Assembly: GCA_030295235.1 (NCBI GenBank) | Contig: AP026134.1 | Location: forward strand, 496,001 to 560,000 | Source: Fistulifera solaris | Lineage: Eukaryota | DNA: 64,000 bases | Direction: 5' to 3' | Part shown: in pieces, positions 25,525 through 38,120 of the stretch | How positions within the stretch are numbered: the first letter of the stretch is position 1 | Layout of the letters: each line of letters begins with the position of its first letter | The notes under the pieces: generated by a model | Database searches by the model: none | Told to the model about the DNA's origin: nothing | What the model saw: only the letters and a program-made list of their open reading frames with translations | Position numbers and translations under genes: made by a program

Positions 25525-26385
25525 CTAGTCCTTAGTTTTACTTTCTGACAGCTTTTGCAGCAAATGATCGCGAAGAAATCGATGCATCGTTCGACAGCCG
25601 TCTCGGCACAAGTCAATGGCTTGATTCGTTTGGGCCGGAGATAATTTGCCGGATTGTTCCAACAAACTCACTTCCTTCCAATTCGGTAAAAATGCCAAAG
25701 TCACGAGGGCATCGGCCGATTCTTCCTCGTCCAGATCCGGATCTGCTAACAAGATACCATTCTGAAGGGCAACTTGACACGAAGTCACTAGATCATACAA
25801 CTCAACACAAGCTCGCGTCAAAGCGATCGAAGCAGCAGCAATGCAAGCCGGCAAAACACTCCCATCATCTTGCAATACCGTGACTTGTACACGAATACAG
25901 CACTTGGGGTACTGCTGCAACGGCACTGCCGCTTGTAATGCGGACAAGAGTCGCGCCGACAAATCACTCTCCCGACTCAATCGCCACGTGTTGATCCGAG
26001 ACGACGAGAACTGTTGGTGTGATTGATCGAGTGGAGTCGCCGATGCATTCAATATTCGTGCTGTGGGGTAGCTGGCGTGGGACAAGTAATTGACTTGACA
26101 ATACAACGTTCCTTCGTCCATACTCAATTGCACCGAGGAAGGCAAAAGCGAGGATGATGCGTAAACAGGACTTGTCACTTGGCAAATGACTTTAGTGTGA
26201 CCCATTTCCACTAAAGCCGAACCTGACTGCAAAACTTGGGAATCAATGTGAATCCGACGGAGCGAGTGACTCGCACGAGTTGTTTTGCCATCGCCACTGT
26301 GTCTCTCTTTCGTCCCGCCTTCCTGGGATGATGGTAACTCGAGAGGAAAGTAGCAATTGGATAGTTTGAAAGCTGATTTCGTCAT
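25525..26385 (-). CDS. RNA exosome RNase PH-like subunit (Rrp41/Mtr3 type)
   Basis: GSALVEMGHTKVIC, YPKCCIRVQVTVLQDDGS, AASIAL...YDLV, LLADP. Confidence 0.85.
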   Translation of the reverse strand: MTKSAFKLSNCYFPLELPSSQEGGTKERHSGDGKTTRASHSLRRIHIDSQVLQSGSALVEMGHTKVICQVTSPVYASSSLLPSSVQLSMDEGTLYCQVNYLSHASYPTARILNASATPLDQSHQQFSSSRINTWRLSRESDLSARLLSALQAAVPLQQYPKCCIRVQVTVLQDDGSVLPACIAAASIALTRACVELYDLVTSCQVALQNGILLADPDLDEEESADALVTLAFLPNWKEVSLLEQSGKLSPAQTNQAIDLCRDGCRTMHRFLRDHLLQKLSESKTKD

Positions 26386-26862
26386 CTTTTCATCTACTGA
26401 AGTTGTTGCTGACTCGGCGAAAGTAGCATGTCAACGAAGAAATAATTATTTTTCGTGGTGTCGTCCTCGACGCGGGTAAAGATCAGACGCTCGAATTCGT
26501 GATCGGACTGGCTTCTGGAAGGTAAAAATTCGAACGAACGATATCTCGTCCGTTGAAAGGACGTTTGAGACACGTGGACGAGTTCAAGGCTGATAGTAGA
26601 AATTATCTATAAGGATACTTAGTCGATTATTGTCACAATCGCATGTGTTGAGAGTACTGTCGCGCGTCACATTCATTAGTGTGTCACAAGCCAACTAAGT
26701 AATTTCGCCAACGGCCGACTGGCTTTCGCTGGAACGGAAAACGGATTGGAATGAAAAACCCCAACGATGAAACATCATCATTATTTATTGTTGGAGTTTG
26801 AAACATGCCGGACGTATCGAGAGCATTCTCATCAACCTTCTGTTAAAATTTTTATTTGTTTA

Positions 26863-27477
26863 ATGAATTTGTTCCGGGGGCGCCCACGATTGGAATACGG
26901 AGAAGTGGATCTAGCGCCTGTTGAGGCCGATGATAGTTCGATGGGAAGTTTCCTCGAAACGAAAGACCAGTTTTTTATCCGAATCCGACCCAAACGATAT
27001 TTTCGCAGTGACGCCAGCACCGTTTCATCTATAACTTACCATGGCGCTTCGGGTTTTACAGAGTCTTCATGGTGTTGTCATACCAGCAAATGTATACCAG
27101 AACCGAGAACGGAGCCGACCAAAGTGATTGCTCGTCAAATTCACAAAACAGAATGCAACGAGTGCTACAACTGCCATTCATGTCGAACTGCTAGTAACAC
27201 AAGTACTGATGGTAATAAGCTAGTTGCGAATGCGTCGACGGATAGAAGAAAGACAAAAGAGAATGACTCCGATACAGTTCCGACTCGCGAGACTGCTTCA
27301 CTGTTCGACAATCTGTCCTCGACGAGTGAGGATGACGACGATGAGGTACAGCGTATTCGGGGTGCACCCAGTCGCAGGCGCAAATGGCGACTGATACGAA
27401 ATATTTCTGGCAAGAAAAAGAATCGCAGGAAAAATGAGATGGTGCAAAGCGGTATTCAAACCGAGATTCTTTCCTAA
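26863..27477 (+). CDS. Hypothetical low-complexity protein
   Basis: Open frame of ~200 codons in a gene-sized gap; no recognisable domain; start uncertain (26767 or 26863). Confidence 0.45.
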   Translation: MNLFRGRPRLEYGEVDLAPVEADDSSMGSFLETKDQFFIRIRPKRYFRSDASTVSSITYHGASGFTESSWCCHTSKCIPEPRTEPTKVIARQIHKTECNECYNCHSCRTASNTSTDGNKLVANASTDRRKTKENDSDTVPTRETASLFDNLSSTSEDDDDEVQRIRGAPSRRRKWRLIRNISGKKKNRRKNEMVQSGIQTEILS

Positions 27478-28422
27478 AACCTCAACATGTAGCGCCCTTT
27501 TCGCGCTGTTGGTTCATGGAATCGCTACAAGTCATAAGCTGTAGTTCCCCCTGTTCTCAACTAACTATAGCTAAGGTATCTAGACTTGATCAGTGCCATC
27601 TACCTCAATCTGCGTAGGTTATTATAATGGGCACGGTACAAGCCAGAAATGTCAGCTGTTCAACGATGCTAAAAAGCATGCTACCTCGTCATGAGTTGGC
27701 ATTGTGCATTGCACTAGAGAGCATAATGGTTATTTGATGATGCAGCTCGGTGGCTTTGCCCATTCGTGATGAGGTAATACATGCGGTTCGGACACATTCC
27801 GACACTCCGACATCTGTAAGCAGCGAAGAATGCCAGGTGTTCACATATCATAGGTCCAGAAAACTCCGATTTTACAACTCGAATGTCTAATTTCACCGAT
27901 TCTATCGAATATAGGAGATCGTAGGACGTCAACCAATTGCAGGCTTGTCCGTTCACCAGATGTCCTCCGTTTGAGATTTCGACATTGTAAGCAAAGTAAA
28001 TGGAATCGTTATCTTGTTTCTTCTTCACCAATTGAAGCGAAGCATTTGAATAGAGGGAACTAGTCTCGAGGAACGACTTTCATTCGTTTAGAATCGACTG
28101 GGCCCTCTTTCATGAGGCCTCGTGATCAAAATGTGATTCCTCACTGTGACTCCAAAACGTCCAGTACATGTTCTACGTGATTTGTGTAGCCTGGTTTTTG
28201 GCCTTTTATAGGCCATAATTAATAGCATTGCGATGTTCAATCAACGAAAAAACGCAAGTGACGGTAACACATGCAACCAAATAAGAATAAATAAATAATC
28301 AAACATAGCAGAACACCCTCTGGAGATGAAAACAAATAAACAGTTTCTTGCTTCGTATCTGGATGGTATGATTGTGGAGCAGCATTCATGTCAGTCGGGC
28401 CTGGTAAGGTGACAAGAATATC

Positions 28423-29970
28423 ATGACAACATCTAGAGAAGGTAATGATGGGGTCGAAATGAAAGCACTCGTCACATCATCTGAAGATCTTCTCCATAAA
28501 AGTGAGCCATTTGCAACAATAGACAGCAATATACTATCACAGACTCGCAACTTACTCTATGTATCACATTTCTTTGCACAATTCTCCGAAGTGTCCTGGC
28601 AGTTTTCGGTCGCCATTTTTCTGTCCGCCTGCACCCATTACCAGTCACTCATTTTGGTGTCTTCCTACGGCATCACCCTCAACTTGAGTGTCTGTGTGTC
28701 TGCAGCAACTCTCGGAGACTGGATTGATCGAACCGACCGATTGTATGTGGCTCGACGGCTGATTGTTTTTGAAAATCTCGCCGTCTTCGTGGGCACGCTC
28801 TCCTGCTGGTTCCTTCTCTCGTCGATATCATCTGAAAATACTTCCTCTGCTTCTCCAAACATTAATGAAAACTCAATGATATCATCCCAGGAACGTTCTT
28901 CCGAAGTGCCTCACAGCGTACATGCTATAGTTGCATTGCTGGGAATTCACGTATTTGGATCGTTGGCGCAACTATTGGATCGGGCATTTCTCGTGGCGAT
29001 TGAGCGTGATTGGGTGGTGGTGCTCAGTCAAGCCGCAGGGGAAGAGAATTTTCACCGATTCCTCTCGGATACGAACGTGACAATGAAACAAATTGATCTC
29101 AGCTGCAAGGTAGCAGCCCCAGGGATAGCTAGCCTGGCAATTTCCTTGATCGGCAACCTGCAGTGGGCTTGCGTTGTCGTGGGCGGCATCAACTTGGCGG
29201 CCTTGTTCGTCGAGTACAGTTGTACTTCAAGAATCTACGCCTTGGTACCAGCTCTCTCGTTTCCTAAACAAGACTTGGAACCGCAAGCTGAAACTGATGA
29301 GTCATATGTCGTAGAGGAGAATATAATCAGCCCATCGGTGGCAACGTTTACGTGTCCTCAATGGTTGCCTCACAACCTACGCATCTATCTCGAGCAACCA
29401 AGCTCTCCGGGAGGTATAGGGCTAGCATTCTTGTATGCGAACGCATTGACCTTCGGAAACGGTATTATGACATCTTATCTGCTCTTTCGTGGCATGCCCA
29501 TGCATTGGGTCGGTATTCTTCGCGGTATCGCATCAGCGATTGGCTTGCTGGGAACGCTGGTTTACTCTTATTCGGTTGCTTTCTTGAGTTTGGAAGCGAC
29601 TGCGTGTTGGAGTGTTACTTATCAAAGCGCTTGTTTAGCTGTGGCACTGGCGTCCGTGTCTCTTGTGTCGAGTGATAGGACTGCAGAAGCCATGCTTGTC
29701 AGTAGCGTCAGCTTGAGCCGTACAGGCTTATGGGTGTTTGATATCGCAGTAACGCAATTGCAGCAACAGGAAATACCTGAGCATATCCGCGGCTTGGTGG
29801 GCGGAGTACAACATGCCATGAATGCGTTCTTCACCATTCTCTCCTTTGCTTTGGGCTTTGTCTTTCCAGACCCTCATCAATTTCACTATTTCGTCTTGTG
29901 TGGATTTACCAGCGTCTTCTTCGCCGCAGTGCTGTTCACGTTTGGAATGTACATCCCTCGACGAGGTTAG
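28423..29970 (+). CDS. Ferroportin (SLC40/IREG) family metal exporter
   Basis: LYVSHF...WQF, GDWIDR, AIERDWVV, NVTMKQIDLSCKVAAP, LSRTGLWVFDIAVTQLQQ, RGLVGGVQ. Confidence 0.92.
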   Translation: MTTSREGNDGVEMKALVTSSEDLLHKSEPFATIDSNILSQTRNLLYVSHFFAQFSEVSWQFSVAIFLSACTHYQSLILVSSYGITLNLSVCVSAATLGDWIDRTDRLYVARRLIVFENLAVFVGTLSCWFLLSSISSENTSSASPNINENSMISSQERSSEVPHSVHAIVALLGIHVFGSLAQLLDRAFLVAIERDWVVVLSQAAGEENFHRFLSDTNVTMKQIDLSCKVAAPGIASLAISLIGNLQWACVVVGGINLAALFVEYSCTSRIYALVPALSFPKQDLEPQAETDESYVVEENIISPSVATFTCPQWLPHNLRIYLEQPSSPGGIGLAFLYANALTFGNGIMTSYLLFRGMPMHWVGILRGIASAIGLLGTLVYSYSVAFLSLEATACWSVTYQSACLAVALASVSLVSSDRTAEAMLVSSVSLSRTGLWVFDIAVTQLQQQEIPEHIRGLVGGVQHAMNAFFTILSFALGFVFPDPHQFHYFVLCGFTSVFFAAVLFTFGMYIPRRG

Positions 29971-30102
29971 AACTAGAGGGCGAAACATAAAAACTTCTTC
30001 GATTTTGAATGCTACTATTACTTATACTTTTAAATTGCTATTGATAACCAAAATGAGGCGCCTTTTCCGAATACTTGTACAAATGCCAAACTCTATTTCA
30101 AT

Positions 30103-31712
30103 TTACTTCTTCACGTCCGGCCATACCATAGGTTGACGCAACTCATCCATGACGGCAAAGTGACGGTGTGGGTTTTCCAAATAATCACCCACTTCGTACC
30201 ACCACGGCCGGTCCACCTTGGGTTTGCTCGGATTCAAGACCTTGGCGGTTTGGTCACTCGGTCGAACCGTATCACGGGCCGCGACCGGCTCCACACCGAG
30301 CAATTGAGAGATTTTGGTACTGGCCAGAATGCCACGGAATGAGTTGGCAGGTGGTTGTTGCACGGGTTCCTTTTCGGCAAAGCAGCCACGATTTTGGATG
30401 CGACAGAATTGATCTGGATTCATTCCAGCATTCTTGGCAATTTCGTATACTTTCTTCATGCTCTCCTCGGAGAGTTCGGGCGTGCGACTGTAAATGAACG
30501 CGCCTTCGTAGGTGTTTTGGCGGGTCTTTCCATTGTAATAGATGAACTTGAACTCCTCATCTTGACCCAGCTCATTCTCACCAATCACGTACCAGTTCTC
30601 CCAGAATTCTGTGCCAAACAAGAATCAAGAATAGCGTCAGAATAAGACATATCGTATTCTACTCACATCGGTTGAAAAATACTTACTGAGACCAAACATT
30701 TCTCCTTCTGAATGCGCAGTGCGTGCATAACTCTGTTCTTGATCCGTCCCAGCATTCACCACATACCGTTGGGCTGACGAAGGAACATCAAAGACCATGG
30801 TCTCATGCGTATTGTACGCATTCAATCCAATGGATTGACTAGTCGACACACCTTTGAAGACCACCGATTCGCGGGTATTGGTCGGTGGCGGCGGAGCTCC
30901 GTCGGGTAGCAAATGCGGCATACTGAATTCCACATCCATGTGCAACTGGCTGACGACCGAAGACGGCCGCTGGAACCAAACGTCATTGTCGTTGCTGGGA
31001 CGATGAAAGGAATTACGTTGACAGGCGTAGCAGTCGTAGTTGGGATTGTAGCCGATGACTTTGTACCAGGAACCTTCCAGTGTCCGCGGATCGAAATTGA
31101 GGACAGTAGGAGCCGGTGCGGGCGGTTCGTTGCCGTACGCATCTCCTCCACCGGGCAATATCGCTACTTTGATGCATTCGTGATCCTCAATCGTACATTT
31201 CAAGAGATTGTCGAGATTTTGGTTCCCGTAGCGTGCCATACATCCGGTAATACAAGCATTGTCTCCGAGACATTTAGCGGTACAAGTCAATCCCTTGCGG
31301 CAATCGGCATCATCTATTAAACAAGCGGTAGTTTGTGCACTGCACTGATTGACGAGACAGGTTTGATCGACTAAACTGGTATCGAGTCCACTGCCGTATT
31401 TTGCGGATAATTCATTTTCCGCTAGTGATCCTTGTGGCGATCCCAGTAATAGTGATAAAGAAAGAAAGCCAGCAGCTGCTAGACTAGCCCAATGGTTGGT
31501 GGGGGCTCATTCTGTTGTTGTTGTTGCGGGCGATGTAATTGTAATATACTCGCGGATGATTGGGTATATTTTAAGGATTGATGCGGCAGCGACGGTGTAA
31601 AAGCATGACAGGAACATGCTACTAGTAGAAGAATTGACGAGACTCGGCGTTTTCGCGATGCATTGTTGTGTGTTCTGGGGGATAAAGAAGACGATTTGCT
31701 GATGGCGACCAT
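30103..31712 (-). CDS. VDL2: Violaxanthin de-epoxidase-like lipocalin, VDL2 type
   Basis: Plastid presequence (CHA-FTP); Cys-rich domain CTAKCLGDNACITGCMARY; lipocalin GSWYKVIGYNPNYDCYACQ, FWENWYV, YEGAFIYSR. Intron 30609..30686; frameshift ~31503. Subtype partly inferred from adjacency to a ZEP. Confidence 0.85.
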
Positions 31713-32338
31713 TTTAAGCTTGCTATGCTTCAATGCCGTTGTCAACTTCAATCAAACAGCAACGTAAGTTGTGAATACGCTTCTTTTATAAAATGATCGC
31801 TGTTCGATGTCAACAACCTCTCGATTGCGCAATCAATCTCAAAAAAGCTCACGCCAGCACAAAAAAAGATCGAGCCAAATGGACCACATCCTGCTTCAAG
31901 AAAAAGGTGGTCGGCGTGTGTGCGCGCAATGTTGAAGAGGACAAAGATCGGCGGAGGGATTGGAGTAGGTCACTGATTGAGTGCCGTGAAACACAGGTTC
32001 GTGTATCACCCATTACCAAACAGTGGATGACGTCATACGAATTTACAGGTTCCTTATATACTTCAAGTGACGTGGTGTTTTTCGCTAGCGTTGAGGAAGA
32101 TGACGACACCGCTCGGACGCGCCAAAATTAGGTCACAACATTATGATATTGGCGCGGATGACGCTCAGACGCTGAAGTTGAAGTGCCGAACCGGATCAGT
32201 TTGCTTTGGTGTGTGCCGTTCGCGTTTCTGCACAGCACGAAAAAATGTCAGCGTTTCTAAAAAGTGCTTCTTCCTATTCCATTCCTATCATTCCATTCAT
32301 TTCATTTCATTTCTATACATATATATTATCCCTCTTCA
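31713..32338. promoter_or_regulatory. Shared divergent promoter region of the VDL/ZEP pair with TGACGT boxes
   Basis: TGACGTCA at 32028-32035 and TGACGT at 32068-32073 between head-to-head starts. Confidence 0.45.
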
Positions 32339-34003
32339 ATGAAATTTGTTGCGTGGAGCTGTCTGCTGGCCACAACGGCGAACGCCTTTGTGGTTCCTCC
32401 ATTATCAACATCCTTCAAGACAACTTCGTCTTCTCTCTCGGCCGCTACCCTCGAAGCACCCGTCCGAACTCCCGAAACACCCGATCGCGTCGCTACAGTC
32501 CGTGAGCGATTTCGAAGAGCATCGGAAGATGCCAAGCAAGCCGTTGGTTGCTCGACAGAAGATACCGGCAACGAATTTTGGAGAACACCCGTCTCCCAAC
32601 GCGACGTCACCTCCGATCAACCACTCCGGGTCGTCGTGGCCGGTGGAGGCGTCGCTGGATTGGTGACAGCCGCAGCGTGTCACGCCAAAGGTATGCAAGT
32701 GGCAATTTTCGAACAAGCCAGTCAATATGCACCGTACGGTGGTCCGATTCAAATTCAATCCAATGCATTGCGAGCACTCGAACGCATCAATCCGAAAGTT
32801 TATCAAGAAATCGTCGCAGCCGGGACGGTGACTGCGGATCGCGTCAGTGGATTAAAAATTGGCTACAAGAAGGGTGTGTTCTTAGGACTTGGAGAACAAT
32901 ACAACAAAGGAGATTGGTTGGTACGCTTTGATACGTTGCAACCGGCCTTGCAAGCCGGTTTGCCGGCGACCGTGGTCGTCGATCGGCCCGTCATTCAACA
33001 AATTTTGTTGCAACATGGAGTTCCACCGGGAACAGTGCGCATCAAAAGTCGTATTGCCTCTTACAAAGAATTAGGACCAGGAGAAGGATTGGAAATTAAA
33101 CTGGAAGACGGTACTGTGGCATATGCGGATGTTTTAGTAGGAGCCGATGGGATTTGGAGCAGTGTCCGACGTCAAATGCATGATTTAGAACGCGGTGCGG
33201 ATGGTTTTGCTGCATCGGGAGCGGCAGGTGGCGCCTTGAATGAAGCCGAAGCAAGGCGCATGGCCAAAGACAGTGTACTCATGGCGTCCAATGCGAATCG
33301 GCGTTATTCTGGATTTACGTGTTATGCAGCCTTGACGGAGCACAAGGCATCGAACATTGAGGAAGTGTCCTACCAGATTCTCCTGGGCAAGGATAAGTAC
33401 TTTGTTAGCACAGACGGTGGTGGTGAGCGACAGCAATGGTTTGCTTTAATCCGAGAAGAGGCCGGTGGTGTCGACCCCGAGCCCACAGCCGACAACCCGA
33501 CACCAAAGCTGAATCGACTTTTAAAAGAATTCAATCACGAAGAGCCGGGGGACCAGAACGGAGATGTGTGGGATGATTTTGCTTATGAGCTATTCAAGTC
33601 GACCCCCGAAGAAGCCATTAAACGACGTGATTTGTACGATGGAGCGCCTTTACTGACAAAAGGATGGACGCGCGGCCAAGTTGCGATCTGTGGTGATGCT
33701 GCACATCCGATGATGCCCAACTTAGGACAAGGTGGTTGCCAGGCGACAGAAGATGGATATCGTCTTGCCGAAGAACTGGCCACCGTCAAACACACTACCG
33801 AAATTGAAGGTGCTTTGAAGAGCTATTATTTTAAGCGCATTCCCCGTACCACCATCATTCAAATCTTGGCACAGTTGGGTAGTGATCTTCTTGTCGATTT
33901 CGACAAGATGATGACGATTCCTTTAGTTGGACCATTCTTCCTATACATGACTCAATTCAGTATGCCTTTCATCTTGCGCTTCTTATATACTGCGGAATTT
34001 TAA
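32339..34003 (+). CDS. ZEP1: Zeaxanthin epoxidase-family FAD monooxygenase, ZEP1 type
   Basis: Presequence [56 protein letters not shown]; no FHA domain. Confidence 0.88.
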   Translation: MKFVAWSCLLATTANAFVVPPLSTSFKTTSSSLSAATLEAPVRTPETPDRVATVRERFRRASEDAKQAVGCSTEDTGNEFWRTPVSQRDVTSDQPLRVVVAGGGVAGLVTAAACHAKGMQVAIFEQASQYAPYGGPIQIQSNALRALERINPKVYQEIVAAGTVTADRVSGLKIGYKKGVFLGLGEQYNKGDWLVRFDTLQPALQAGLPATVVVDRPVIQQILLQHGVPPGTVRIKSRIASYKELGPGEGLEIKLEDGTVAYADVLVGADGIWSSVRRQMHDLERGADGFAASGAAGGALNEAEARRMAKDSVLMASNANRRYSGFTCYAALTEHKASNIEEVSYQILLGKDKYFVSTDGGGERQQWFALIREEAGGVDPEPTADNPTPKLNRLLKEFNHEEPGDQNGDVWDDFAYELFKSTPEEAIKRRDLYDGAPLLTKGWTRGQVAICGDAAHPMMPNLGQGGCQATEDGYRLAEELATVKHTTEIEGALKSYYFKRIPRTTIIQILAQLGSDLLVDFDKMMTIPLVGPFFLYMTQFSMPFILRFLYTAEF

Positions 34004-34688
34004 TAAAACACAAACTTTATGCAAATTTGTTTTTGCAGTATTGTGTGCAAACTCTATTTTTAAAGTTATTTCAGTTTGGTCGCAAAACGTCTTGGATGAA
34101 TTGGGACAAGGAAGTTGATAATCTTTTCGTCAATATAAAGAACTAAACCTTGTACAAAGAGGACAGCATGCGCCAATGAGAATCTTCCAAACACCAATTG
34201 CGGGTCTTCATCAAATAATGTCGCCTCCTGGCATAAGCTTGGTATCCCGTTCACAATCATTCTTGCTATATCCCACGTAATCTTTGTTCTGCATGTGAAA
34301 TGCAGTCATTCTGTTGTCGAATAAACGTTCTGCTCATGGTTTCCCTTAGATTGCTGTCTTAAATCTTGGAGGATTAGTAGCGCGGATGCCACTGGAATGC
34401 AATGAAAACACGTGGTGACAGAACAATTGTCTGTTCGTACTAGCATTTCATGTACTCAATTAACTGGGAGCTTGACTCGATCTATATAGAATTGCAATGT
34501 AAGGCATGCAGAGGCAATAAATGAAGCTGCTAGATGGCATGCCAGGCACCGTTCTTGTTTGTTGCAGGTAATTAAGCTTGCATCTGCGTCACTTGAGGCT
34601 GTTATTTTCGTAGGAGTCCGTTCATCTAAACCAGATCAGCCGCAAGTCTTGTCCCAATTGATTAATCCATGACAACTGCGGGCAATAC

Positions 34689-34719
34689 GATTTGATTTGA
34701 TTTGATTCGATTCGATTCA
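34689..34719. repeat. Pentanucleotide microsatellite (GATTT/GATTC)~6
   Basis: gatttgatttgatttgattcgattcgattc read directly. Confidence 0.85.
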
Positions 34720-34808
34720 ATCCTTTCCTTCAGAGAGCAATAAGTCTCTGTGTGCCTTGAGAAGAAGTGGGTTGATCAACAACTTGCGATACGTATTCTA
34801 TTTCTAAG

Positions 34809-36393
34809 CTACTCCACTTTCGGTTGCAGCACGGCAACGCATGGGTGCTCTTTGATAAATGCAGCGTGTGCAGGGTGCTGTTCAGGAAATATGTACAACG
34901 TGACGAGGAAATTGGGAACCACCATCCGCTCATCACGCAAAATATCTCCCAGGGTTAAGGCGGGATGTACACGGACTACGGTGTTAGGAGGAGGCACAGC
35001 CCACAAACTACCATGTTTCTTTTTCCAGGCCTGACGCTGTTCGTGCAATTGTTTTCGTGCCACTGCCGTGACAATTGCCGCTATGTCATCCCCTTCGTCA
35101 CCCTTCAAGGCACGACTAGCTTCGTAAAAGCGCATGGTATCTCCTTGTGTCTTCAACAACTGAACATGTTCCGGGTGGATAATATCGTCATGCGCAGTTT
35201 GGTGTATTTCAAAGTAAATTGCCAGTTGACTGCAAGTAAATTCGTTGTTGTGATCCCACGGCATGTCCGTTTCGGTTTCATCTTCCTCAAGTTCTGGAAA
35301 TACTTCTGCCAATCGCATCGCTAACATTTCACTCTCTCCAAACTGGGCAATAAAATCCGAATGCTGATGTGACGGATACAAGAACAGACAAGGCCAAACC
35401 CACTCATCCACACCGTCTTGCAATTGTCTTGGCAAATGCCCCGAATGCGGCATGTGATGATGCCACCGTGTTTCTTCTTCCTCATCTTCTTCAACGGAAG
35501 AAACCAGCGGTACTTTTCCGAGAGCAATCTTGTTTGTGGAAGCATGCTTCCAAACAGCTTTCACTTTGGACACGCGTTCCGCGCGAGCTCGTTCACGTTG
35601 TTGTCGTTGCTTTCGTGCCTTTCGTATCCGTTCCGCTAATAACTGTTGCAATTTCAAAAGATCAGGGTTTTCTGGCTCTACTGCTAAACCTTTATCGAGA
35701 GCATCTCCCGCAGCTTCCCATTCCTGCAGTTGTTGATACGCCTTGGCCAATCGGTACCAGGCTTTGACATTTTGGTCATCGTATTGCAACGCTTTCTTGG
35801 ACTCATCACGAACAAATCCCCAATTCTTCAATTGCATATGCGTTAAGGCAATATTCCCGCAAATTTTGGATCGTTCTTGATTCAATTCTTGCTCATTGTA
35901 GGTCGGATCATCCGTATCCGCTACAGCATAGTCTCCTTCGTGGAGTGGTTCGATTTTCAGTGCCCAAGCAAAGGCTTCGTAGTAATGATTCAAAGCCGTC
36001 CGAAAATACGACAAGTTCTTGACTTGATTTCTCTTGCCGTTTTGAAAAGCGTCATTTCCTTTTTGCGAAAACTCAACATGAGCCGTGTTGGCGTTTCTCC
36101 ATCGTAAATTAGCGAAGTAAAGGCTTCCTGCAAGCCACTCTTTTCCACTTCTTCTACGCTCGTCGCGAAGAGCGGTGGTATGAAATCGTCGTCTAGGATC
36201 TTTTCCAAATACGCTTCTTTTCACCCGGACCCCAACCCCGTCCCTGCTGAATCGCCAAATCAATCGCATTGGCCAAAAGTTCATCCGTCTTGTCGCGTGG
36301 TCCTTCGGCATCGATGGTGTCCTTCATGGCGGACATGTTCGATAGTAGATCATTGTATTGATCGACTTTTTCGTCAATGTGATAATCTGGCAT
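34809..36393 (-). CDS. TTC4: Cns1/TTC4-type TPR Hsp70/Hsp90 co-chaperone (frameshifts ~36220, ~36062)
   Basis: PPLFA...AFTSLIYDGETP, KGNDAF, TPR NVKAWYRLAKA, wheel domain WPCLFLYP...SDFIAQFGE. Confidence 0.8.
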
Positions 36394-36906
36394 TCTTTAA
36401 TCTTTGTTTTTGTGTTGATTGATAAAGTGGCTGATATTAGCTGCAACAAATCATCGAAGATAACAAACTTGGATCATGTATCATCGTCATCGCATTCTTT
36501 ATCATTCATTTTCGATCGGTTTATTTTCTTGGAGGAACTGTCAAAGGGTCATGAGCTCAACGAAAAGGTCGTCTACTTTGTGCTTTCGGTGCTACCAGGG
36601 TACCGGTACCAGGTATTGTCAAAAACATTCACAATGATGATGATTCGTCCTTTACAACAATGGATACGAAAGAGGTTCATACCCTCGTCAATAACAATAA
36701 ATTACGCTTACGGCAATGTCAAACTCTATGAATGAGCCCCCTCAAAATGGAATAGTGACTGAAATTTAGTTGAGTCGGATGTCTTTATTCACACTTTGAT
36801 GGATAGTAAAAACATGACTTCGTTTTGAAAATTATCATTGCCAACGCAAACTATAAAATAATTATCTCGCTCTCTTTTCTATCTCCAACCAAACAAACCA
36901 GCACAC

Positions 36907-38091
36907 ATGACGTCCGACAACGATAATAGCGATGTTACAACCTATTTTAATCGCCGCGCGGGTACGCTGCTGCAAGAACCCGGCGAACAGGATGTTTTAC
37001 TGAAAAGACCAGCGGGGCATCACAAGGGCAATCAACGTCTTTTGGAAGATACGGAAGAATTTCGAGAGCGTTTCAAGCTCGCGAGTACTTTATCGGAAAA
37101 GAAAGAAATGGCTCATCAGATATTACTGCGGGTAAAAGAACGAGGTGGTTTGTTTCTCATGTATACTCCCCCACAAACAAGTAATAGTGCCACCGACGAG
37201 GCATGCTGGTGTATTCAGAATTACGAAGAATCCAGTCTTCGTGTGCGGCAAATCTTAAGAGAAGCGACGGGTGGGAAAACGAAAGGGACTGCGGCTAATC
37301 ATCTTTCAAATCATGCTTCGGGGGCTGTCAAAAACACCGCAACACTTCCTGGAAGTATGTTGACACCACGAATACCCCGAGGCAATCATCTTTCGCAACA
37401 GCATCCAAATTACAGCTCAGAATATTTGGAAGCTTGTAAAGTTTTGAGTGATGACACAATGAATCAGGCTTGTGAGCTATTATTAAATACAACCCGCAAT
37501 CCACAAGACGCTAAAGAACAACTCTTGCAAATCTATCAAAAGTGCGTCCAAGCGGCTAGCGTTATTGAAACGGAACTTCAAAACAATCCAACCACGGCGA
37601 CCTTTCCGTTGCCTCCAGTACTACGGGGACGGGCCGGATCTTTGGGGATGGCTTCTACTGCAAATAATAGCACTGCACCCAAAATTAAGACGGTCATTCC
37701 CCCCGTCAATCGCACGCAGCGGATGACGCATCCATCGGACTATCCTCATCGCGGATCGATGGGTTCAACGAACAGCAATGGAGCCAAGGGCTTACCGCCC
37801 TCGAAAAAGATGCGCCTTGCACCTTCACCGCCGCCGGCAGCACCTTCGACATCCGAAGTGCCAGAAAGTGCCTTGCAATTTCTGGCGAAACTGAACAACG
37901 AGCAACATGCCAATCACAACGATGATTCGGAGGACAAGAAGAAGACAAAGAAAAATAGTAGCGAGGAAAGCGACAGTCAGTCGACGAAAAATAGTGAGGA
38001 CATGGAACAGGAAAAGTCTTTAGAAGCAAAGCAAGAAACAAGTTTACCAGCCGTCCGTGTGCAACCAAAGCGTGGTAGTAAAGCTAACTAA
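36907..38091 (+). CDS. Diatom DUF6824-like domain protein with disordered C-terminus
   Basis: DVLL...HKGNQR...KKEMAHQILLRVKERGGLFL...RVRQILRE pattern. Confidence 0.7.
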   Translation: MTSDNDNSDVTTYFNRRAGTLLQEPGEQDVLLKRPAGHHKGNQRLLEDTEEFRERFKLASTLSEKKEMAHQILLRVKERGGLFLMYTPPQTSNSATDEACWCIQNYEESSLRVRQILREATGGKTKGTAANHLSNHASGAVKNTATLPGSMLTPRIPRGNHLSQQHPNYSSEYLEACKVLSDDTMNQACELLLNTTRNPQDAKEQLLQIYQKCVQAASVIETELQNNPTTATFPLPPVLRGRAGSLGMASTANNSTAPKIKTVIPPVNRTQRMTHPSDYPHRGSMGSTNSNGAKGLPPSKKMRLAPSPPPAAPSTSEVPESALQFLAKLNNEQHANHNDDSEDKKKTKKNSSEESDSQSTKNSEDMEQEKSLEAKQETSLPAVRVQPKRGSKAN

Positions 38092-38120
38092 CTATTTACG
38101 CGAGGAAATGCACACTTTTA

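Noticed and set aside
27714..28031. 105-aa minus-strand ORF in an intergenic gap
   Set aside because: Non-ATG start and no motif; at most a decayed fragment.
34066..34680. Possible gene or transposon relic downstream of ZEP
   Set aside because: Only a 64-aa ORF and one partial repeat motif; no termini or transposase motifs recognisable.
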